A stretch of DNA of 26,198 bases from a virus (lineage: Duplodnaviria > Caudoviricetes), in the IMG/VR virus record IMGVR_UViG_3300032218_002706, positions 1 through 26,198 of that record; one strand, written 5' to 3'. Shown here one piece after another: positions 1-5,962 of the stretch. The position numbers and the translations under genes were made by a program. The notes under the pieces are model-generated. The model searched no databases, was not told the origin of the DNA, and saw nothing but the letters and a program-made list of their open reading frames with translations. Every line of letters begins with the position of its first letter. The first letter of the stretch is position 1.

Positions 1-551
1 CCTGAAGAACCACTTGTACCTGAAGAACCACTTGTACCTGAAGAACCACTTGTACCATTAGTTCCAGAAGAACCACTTGTACCACTAGTTCCATTAGACC
101 CTGATGTTCCTGACGTACCTGAAGTTCCTGAAGAACCTGAAGAACCGTTTGTACCTGAAGACCCGTTTGTTCCGCTTGTACCTGATGTTCCTGACGTACC
201 TGAAATACCACTTGTCCCTGAAATACCACTTGTTCCTGAAGAACCGTCTGTTCCTGAAGAACCGTTAGTTCCTGAAGAACCGTTAGTTCCTGAAGAACCG
301 TTAGTTCCTGAAGTACCACTTGTACCTGGAATACCATTAATTCCTGATGTTCCTGAAGAACCACTTGTGCCCGCTTCACCATCAACACCTGAAGAACCAC
401 TTGTACCGTTTGTACCACTAGCACCTGAAGAACCACTTGTACCGTTTGTACCACTAACCCCTGAAGACCCTGATGTTCCTGATGTTCCTGAAGAACCGTT
501 AATACCACTTGACCCCGAAGTTCCATTAGTTCCTGATGAACCTGAACCACC
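1..551 (-). repeat. Coding 9/18-bp degenerate tandem repeat (e.g. cctgaagaaccacttgta) encoding about 60 Gly-X-Y triplets
   Basis: Exact 18-bp unit repeated three times at 1-54 and degenerate copies beyond; on the minus strand it gives GTSGSS / GTNGSS units. Confidence 0.95.
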
Positions 552-1178
552 TGAAGCAGTGATACCTGTAACAACTACCGTAGTTCCATTACTATTATAT
601 AAATCTAATTGGCTAGTTGCTGAGAAATAAGTACCCCCTGTTAAACAACAATCTTCAGGAAATATCCTCCATCGAGCATTTGCTCTTGTAACCCCCGAAA
701 CACCTTCAATTGTACTACCTGTCCACGCATTTATAAAGTTTTGACCTGCTACACTATTATTCCTAACTTGAGTGTCATAAGGGTTGAATGTTACGGTACC
801 TGTGGCACCTGTGGCTGCATTCCATAAAGATTCGTAGTTATCTATCTGATATTGATACGCTAACCCTGTTTGGTTAACATAAACAATCATACCAATTCTT
901 CTTCTTCCTGATGAGAAATTATCTGAATTTAAATTAACATATGATGGATTAAATGGAGTTCCATTACCAATATATAAATTGATAGGTACTGTGTTTGCCG
1001 ATAAGGTTTGTAAACCAATTCCTGAAAAGGTTAATGAAAGGTCGCTAAGATTAGCAACTTCCATCCAACCACCGATACCAAGTACACTGTAATCGGTACC
1101 TTGCACAGAATTTCTCGGAACACTATATGGTGCCGCTAAAAGTTGAGCGTTTAATGGATTTTTATATGGAAATGACAT
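1..1178 (-). CDS. Collagen-like (Gly-X-Y) Ser/Thr-rich fibre protein, partial (C-terminus runs off the left edge); not in the supplied ORF track
   Basis: ATG at 1178-1176; my translation begins MSFPYKNPLNAQLLAAPYSVPRNSVQGTDYSVLGIGGWMEVANL...SSGRRRIGMIVYVNQTG...RWRIFPEDCCLTGGTYFSATSQLDLYNSNGTTVVVTGITAS, then Gly-X-Y repeats (GSS GTN GTS GSS GIN GSS GTS...) in frame to base 1. Confidence 0.9.
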   Translation of the reverse strand, partial: MSFPYKNPLNAQLLAAPYSVPRNSVQGTDYSVLGIGGWMEVANLSDLSLTFSGIGLQTLSANTVPINLYIGNGTPFNPSYVNLNSDNFSSGRRRIGMIVYVNQTGLAYQYQIDNYESLWNAATGATGTVTFNPYDTQVRNNSVAGQNFINAWTGSTIEGVSGVTRANARWRIFPEDCCLTGGTYFSATSQLDLYNSNGTTVVVTGITASGGSGSSGTNGTSGSSGINGSSGTSGTSGSSGVSGTNGTSGSSGASGTNGTSGSSGVDGEAGTSGSSGTSGINGIPGTSGTSGTNGSSGTNGSSGTNGSSGTDGSSGTSGISGTSGISGTSGTSGTSGTNGSSGTNGSSGSSGTSGTSGTSGSNGTSGTSGSSGTNGTSGSSGTSGSSGTSGSS

Positions 1179-1207
1179 CAATCTTTTTTACTATAATTAT
1201 TCCGAAA

Positions 1208-2239
1208 TTAACTTTTAGTTTCCCCTTTAAAATAAAAATTATTTGTGGCTGGTGTTGACGGTGGTAATAACGTCGATGCGGAACAATATAATACACGGTA
1301 AACTCCCGCAGGAATTGACGCTCCTGAAGTTACTGTGACGTTAGTTGTTGAAATTGTGGTCGCCGGAGTTAATAAAACGTCAAAACCACAAGGTGGTGAC
1401 ATATACCCGACATCTATCGTCATATTATTCATAACTCCTCCTACACCCGCTAATGGTATCCACACAGAATAGAAATAATATTCGTTAGGGTTTATATTTG
1501 AAGTACTAATTGTAATAGTTTCAAATGTATATTGGTTAATAGAACATCCGTATCCGTCTGTACCTATACCTGGCGATTGTCTAATTAATCCATTAAATGT
1601 TGACACAGGTGTCATAAAGTTACCATCAGAACCTGATGTAAATCCTGAATAAGAAATGTACTTATCCATCATATAACTATAATTAGGGTTTGTCGGGTCA
1701 GCCCATCCACCACTACTATATCCATACCAATCAACATTAGTATCGACAGTAACACCATCACTTAAGTAATACATATAACTTCCTAATTTATATACAGATG
1801 TCGATGAACCACCATTATCTTGAGGTTCAGGTACCACATAAGCGAATAATGGAGGTACAGTTGGTGTTGGGGTTGGTGTTGGTGTTGCGGTTGGTGTTGG
1901 GTTTGAAGTTCCCGTTGGCGTTGGTGTTGGTGTAACAGTTTGAGTTGGTGTAACACTTGGTGTAGGTGTAGGAGTTGGGGTTACCATTGTTGGTGTTGGT
2001 GTGGGAGTTATTGGAGAACAATCTTCAATACTAAAAGTTTCACAGTTATTAGCGTCAACTATTTTAACCATAACCGCAGGAGCATTTAAGAAAAATGAGG
2101 GTACAGGCACACTTACAACAGGAGGAACCGTTCCCGGAATAGTTGTAACAAACTGACAATTACTACCGTAGGCATCACAAATGGTCACCTGATAAGGTGG
2201 TGTTCCGTTAATATTCGTTATTAATATTGTTGACGCCAA
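1208..2239 (-). CDS. Putative virion decoration/fibre protein: SprB-like N-terminal module, Pro-Thr linker, unknown C-terminal domain
   Basis: 343 aa with TTG start; N-terminus NGTPPY...VKIVDANNC resembles the SprB GGTPPY...VTDANGC signature; about 50-aa (PT)n tract; lies in the structural operon. Confidence 0.7.
   Translation of the reverse strand: MASTILITNINGTPPYQVTICDAYGSNCQFVTTIPGTVPPVVSVPVPSFFLNAPAVMVKIVDANNCETFSIEDCSPITPTPTPTMVTPTPTPTPSVTPTQTVTPTPTPTGTSNPTPTATPTPTPTPTVPPLFAYVVPEPQDNGGSSTSVYKLGSYMYYLSDGVTVDTNVDWYGYSSGGWADPTNPNYSYMMDKYISYSGFTSGSDGNFMTPVSTFNGLIRQSPGIGTDGYGCSINQYTFETITISTSNINPNEYYFYSVWIPLAGVGGVMNNMTIDVGYMSPPCGFDVLLTPATTISTTNVTVTSGASIPAGVYRVLYCSASTLLPPSTPATNNFYFKGETKS
1855..2015 (-). 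repeat. Pro-Thr coding microrepeat (ggtgtt)n
   Basis: Degenerate 6-bp repeat encoding TPTPTPTMVTPTPTPTPSVTPTQTVTPTPTPTGTSNPTPTATPTPTPTPT. Confidence 0.95.
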
Positions 2240-2253
2240 ATTTTAGTTTATTT

Positions 2254-2260
2254 ATAAATA
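2254..2260 (-). promoter_or_regulatory. TATTTAT upstream motif (candidate phage promoter)
   Basis: About 15 nt upstream of the 343-aa gene, inside the palindrome TATTTATAAATA; same motif recurs in other intergenic gaps. Confidence 0.5.
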
Positions 2261-2267
2261 CTTTTTA

Positions 2268-2591
2268 TTACGGAATTAAAATAAGTTTTCCGTGATTTTT
2301 GAAATTTAGTACGTTAACTTTTAGATTTAAATTTTGAAGAAGTAACTCATCTAAGTTAGTTTTATCAGGTCTATCGGATAATAATACGTCATAATCCGAT
2401 TGTTCGTCCCAAATTCCGTGTTTGTAACTTCCAAACACACATACTTCAATTTCTTTAGAATAGTAATTACAAATAAACTCTTTTATTCTTATAAAATTTT
2501 CTTGTTTTTCTTTTGGAAGTTCTTTGAAGTCTTCTAACGGGGTTCTTCTAATTCTTTCTCTCCCTTTATGAACCACGGTATTGTCTTCCAT
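2268..2591 (-). CDS. Minimal nucleotidyltransferase (Pol-beta superfamily, MNT-like)
   Basis: 107 aa with VCVFGSYKHGIWDEQSDYDVLL, matching the hhFGS-x9-SDxD signature; start overlaps the upstream stop (TAATG at 2591). Confidence 0.85.
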   Translation of the reverse strand: MEDNTVVHKGRERIRRTPLEDFKELPKEKQENFIRIKEFICNYYSKEIEVCVFGSYKHGIWDEQSDYDVLLSDRPDKTNLDELLLQNLNLKVNVLNFKNHGKLILIP

Positions 2592-5500
2592 TATTCTATA
2601 ACAGTTTTATATACCAAATTTATACCGTCACAAGTACTTCCGTAATACATAGGAATAGTAATACCATCCCATAAAGTCACGGTACCGTCAGAGTAATATA
2701 TAAGCTCATACCCAGATGACGCCGCAGACGCCACTTTAATTGAGAATGTATCTGTTAGAGGACTTATAATATAAAATCCTGCAGTACTTGTGACATCAAG
2801 AGGTAACCCTGTTTTAGCGATACCTGAAACTTGAGCAGAATAATTAGTTAATCCTAAGGAATAAAATACACTATTCATAAGTTGAACAAAATTAAGGTAA
2901 GTATGTCCTGTGGTTCCTCCCATAGTACAACCTGATATAACGTCGTTTAAAACAGGAACAATATTAACATTACCGACTGTAACCAAATCCGAATATGGCA
3001 TTCCCGTAATTAATTCAGTACCATTAACCACTACACTATTAACCGATAAATCTAACAGTCCACCACCTCCAAAACGACAGTTAGGACCTAAAACATCAAT
3101 AACAAAATCAGGAGATTCGACCATTGAGTACCAACAAGCTTTATATATTTGACAACAAGTTTCGTTATTGTTTAAAATACCTCCCGTTATATCAACCCAA
3201 TATGGTGTGGTATTTGCACTAACACAAATAATTCCTTTATCCTCAGTAGTAGGATATTCAATAATTGACAATATTCCTTCACAGTTGTAATAATATAAAG
3301 AAGGGTTAGGTCCCGTTATTGTTGAGTTGTTCCTGTCCCAATACCACTCATAACATGGACAAATAGGTTCAATTGTTGGTGTTGGGGTTGGTGTTGGGGT
3401 GTTAGTAGGTGTTAATGTTGGTGTTGTCGTTAAAGTTTGTGTCGGAGTAGGAGTTGGTGTTATACAAGGTCCTAAATAAGAACTATTTATTACCGCACCA
3501 TTATCCCAAGTATTTAATGGGTCTGGCCCACTAATCGGAAAACTATTAGTCGGGTCAAAATCAATTACATTAAATAAATTAGAATATTGTGAAAATTGGT
3601 CCCCTAAACTTGCTCCCCACTGCCAATCAGCATATATAGTATCACCATTACACCAAACGTATGTATTTCCGTAAGTTGTTGGTAGTATCCAATAATACTT
3701 ACCATATAATGTTCCACTTGAGACAATATTCATTCTTATAATATTATTACAATCAAACACATAATCAGTAGTAACATCACAATATTCAAAACACATTACC
3801 GGTAAACTTGTAGGTGTTGGGGTTGGGGTCGCAGTCGGTGTTGGTGGAGGAGTTTCACAACATATATTGTAAATTATTTTAATGTCTATTTTAACATTTT
3901 TATCTGATAAATATTTTTCACAATTAGTAGTTAATTGTAATGTATTTGTTTCTGCATTTAAATAAAACGACCCCAAACCTGTCACACCACTCAATAAACC
4001 ATTTAAAGCGTCAACATATTGTTGGTCAGTAGGAACATCTAACAATGAAGTGGTTGTATAAAAATTACTCGTATATCCACTATCACCAATATTCAATACG
4101 ACATTGAATTGAGCAATTTGTAGTTGACAATTAATCTCACCTTCGGTTAAATCGTAATAACCTTGGTTCAACATTTGAAGTAGTCCTGTTTTAGAGGATG
4201 CGGTTTCAACAAAAGTACCTTCACAAATATTGACCAATTGATAACTGACATAATTTGAACTACAAGTTATGTTTGTACTTCTAGTTAAAGAACATCCTTC
4301 AGAGTCAGTAACTAATAACGAATAAGTTCCCGCACTTAAATTAGTAACATAGATGCCTGTTTGAGCTCCAACGTTTGGAGACCAAGATAAAGTAAATGGT
4401 GGCTTACCGTTAGTGATTAAAGCGGTAATAGTACCTTCACTACCACTACCACAACCTGTGTTAGATAGATTAAATTGAACCGACTCGCTACTTTCAACAG
4501 GAACTGAAATTGTTTGTACACATCCTGTAGTATCTGTAACAATAACATTGTAAACCGCAGAATTTAAATTACTAAAAGTAACAGAAGGTAATGAAGTATT
4601 TGGAATTGTTTGACCAGGTATTTGATATGTATAAATTCCCGGTACACTCGGAGTAATTTCAATAGACCCATTTGTTAATCCACAACTTGTGTTAGTTACA
4701 TTATAAGATAAGGTAAATTTATTATCATTACTTATAAAAACTAATGTCTGATATGAACAACTACTAGAATTTGAAATTGTTAAAGTGTATAATCCTGTTG
4801 GTAAATTATTAAAGACAACGCTAGTTGCGGTAGTCGCACTAGTTGTCGAATTACCATGAGTATCGGTAATATTATATGTGTAAGGACTTGCACCTCCAAC
4901 AACGCTCGCAGTAATACTACCGTTATTTGAATTACAAGTTGAATTTTGGCTCGATACACCAACAACGGTGAATGAATTTGGCGTTGATAATGTTATAACC
5001 CCTGATGAGGTACAAAGACCCGCATCTGTAACATTAACCGTATAAATACCTGAAGACAGATTGTTATATGTAAATGAAGAAGAATACGATATATCATTTT
5101 GACCGTTAGATAGTTGGTAATAAAATGGTGGAGTACCACCTGATAAATTGACCGTAATCGCGCCGTCCGATTGAAAACAACTTGGTGGTGTAGTAACCAT
5201 ATTAACAACCCCTAATTTTGGAACGGTTAAAACATCAATCGATTTTTGGAGAGAACACCCTCCACTATTAGTTACGGTAACACTATATGTTCCCGCAGTT
5301 AGTCCTGTTATTGACGATGTTGTTTGTCCATATGGAGACCATAAATAAGTGTATGGTGAATACCCTGTTTGTCCCGTAACATATATTTTACCTGTTGGAA
5401 TCCCTGAACAATTTGAATTGTCTATAGCATATAAACCAAAATCAAATGAACTTGAGTTACCAATAGTTACGGTACCCGTATTCCCACTACAACCTCCACC

Positions 5501-5962
5501 ATCAAATACATTAACATAATATGTGTCAGCACTTAATGAGTTAAAAATCTGTAGTCCTGAAAAGGTACTTCCTGAAGTTATATATCCATTAGTTGTACTA
5601 TATAAATAATAATTGGCACTAAGTGAAAATGTTGTTGCGGTAACACTTATTTGTCCGTTGTCCAAATCACAAGTTGTATCATTAACCGAATAAACACTAC
5701 AACAAACACCTGAAGACGCTAAAGCCGAACCATAAAGAGTTTGCGGAGTTGGGCTTGTGGAGTCGGTAATTAAAAACTGATATGTCCCTGCGGATAATCC
5801 TGTTCTAATTGAACTTGTCGTAATACCAGGGTCAATACCTAAATTTGGAGAATACCAATCTATAATATATGGAGAAACTCCTCCTGATGGAAATAATTCC
5901 ATAATTCCTGAACTTGTGTTCTGACAATCTCCTGTTATTGATATAAAATAATTTAAAGCCAT
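2591..5962 (-). CDS. SprB-repeat fibre/adhesin-like virion protein with Pro-Thr-linked C-terminal modules
   Basis: Seven ~80-aa repeats of the form C-x3-5-G-x-I-x-V...PY-x-Y-x-W...(G/N)L-x-AG-x-Y-x-V-x-VTD-xx-GC in residues ~10-570, then a ~120-aa domain and Cys-rich modules separated by (PT)n tracts; no signal peptide visible. Confidence 0.8.
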   Translation of the reverse strand: MALNYFISITGDCQNTSSGIMELFPSGGVSPYIIDWYSPNLGIDPGITTSSIRTGLSAGTYQFLITDSTSPTPQTLYGSALASSGVCCSVYSVNDTTCDLDNGQISVTATTFSLSANYYLYSTTNGYITSGSTFSGLQIFNSLSADTYYVNVFDGGGCSGNTGTVTIGNSSSFDFGLYAIDNSNCSGIPTGKIYVTGQTGYSPYTYLWSPYGQTTSSITGLTAGTYSVTVTNSGGCSLQKSIDVLTVPKLGVVNMVTTPPSCFQSDGAITVNLSGGTPPFYYQLSNGQNDISYSSSFTYNNLSSGIYTVNVTDAGLCTSSGVITLSTPNSFTVVGVSSQNSTCNSNNGSITASVVGGASPYTYNITDTHGNSTTSATTATSVVFNNLPTGLYTLTISNSSSCSYQTLVFISNDNKFTLSYNVTNTSCGLTNGSIEITPSVPGIYTYQIPGQTIPNTSLPSVTFSNLNSAVYNVIVTDTTGCVQTISVPVESSESVQFNLSNTGCGSGSEGTITALITNGKPPFTLSWSPNVGAQTGIYVTNLSAGTYSLLVTDSEGCSLTRSTNITCSSNYVSYQLVNICEGTFVETASSKTGLLQMLNQGYYDLTEGEINCQLQIAQFNVVLNIGDSGYTSNFYTTTSLLDVPTDQQYVDALNGLLSGVTGLGSFYLNAETNTLQLTTNCEKYLSDKNVKIDIKIIYNICCETPPPTPTATPTPTPTSLPVMCFEYCDVTTDYVFDCNNIIRMNIVSSGTLYGKYYWILPTTYGNTYVWCNGDTIYADWQWGASLGDQFSQYSNLFNVIDFDPTNSFPISGPDPLNTWDNGAVINSSYLGPCITPTPTPTQTLTTTPTLTPTNTPTPTPTPTIEPICPCYEWYWDRNNSTITGPNPSLYYYNCEGILSIIEYPTTEDKGIICVSANTTPYWVDITGGILNNNETCCQIYKACWYSMVESPDFVIDVLGPNCRFGGGGLLDLSVNSVVVNGTELITGMPYSDLVTVGNVNIVPVLNDVISGCTMGGTTGHTYLNFVQLMNSVFYSLGLTNYSAQVSGIAKTGLPLDVTSTAGFYIISPLTDTFSIKVASAASSGYELIYYSDGTVTLWDGITIPMYYGSTCDGINLVYKTVIE

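Noticed and set aside
1-551. Possible CRISPR array or non-coding satellite
   Set aside because: Units are 9/18 bp with no unique spacers and vary mainly at synonymous codon positions of an open frame.
367-630. Plus-strand 87-aa Pro/Glu/Val-rich ORF
   Set aside because: Antisense shadow of the Gly-X-Y repeat gene; the repeat simply lacks stops in this frame.
1827-2021. 64-aa Asn/Thr-rich ORF
   Set aside because: Alternative frame of the Pro-Thr repeat inside the 343-aa gene.
1208-5962. Diversity-generating retroelement targeting the fibre tips
   Set aside because: No reverse transcriptase and no template/variable repeat pair noticed in this window; cannot be excluded elsewhere in the genome.
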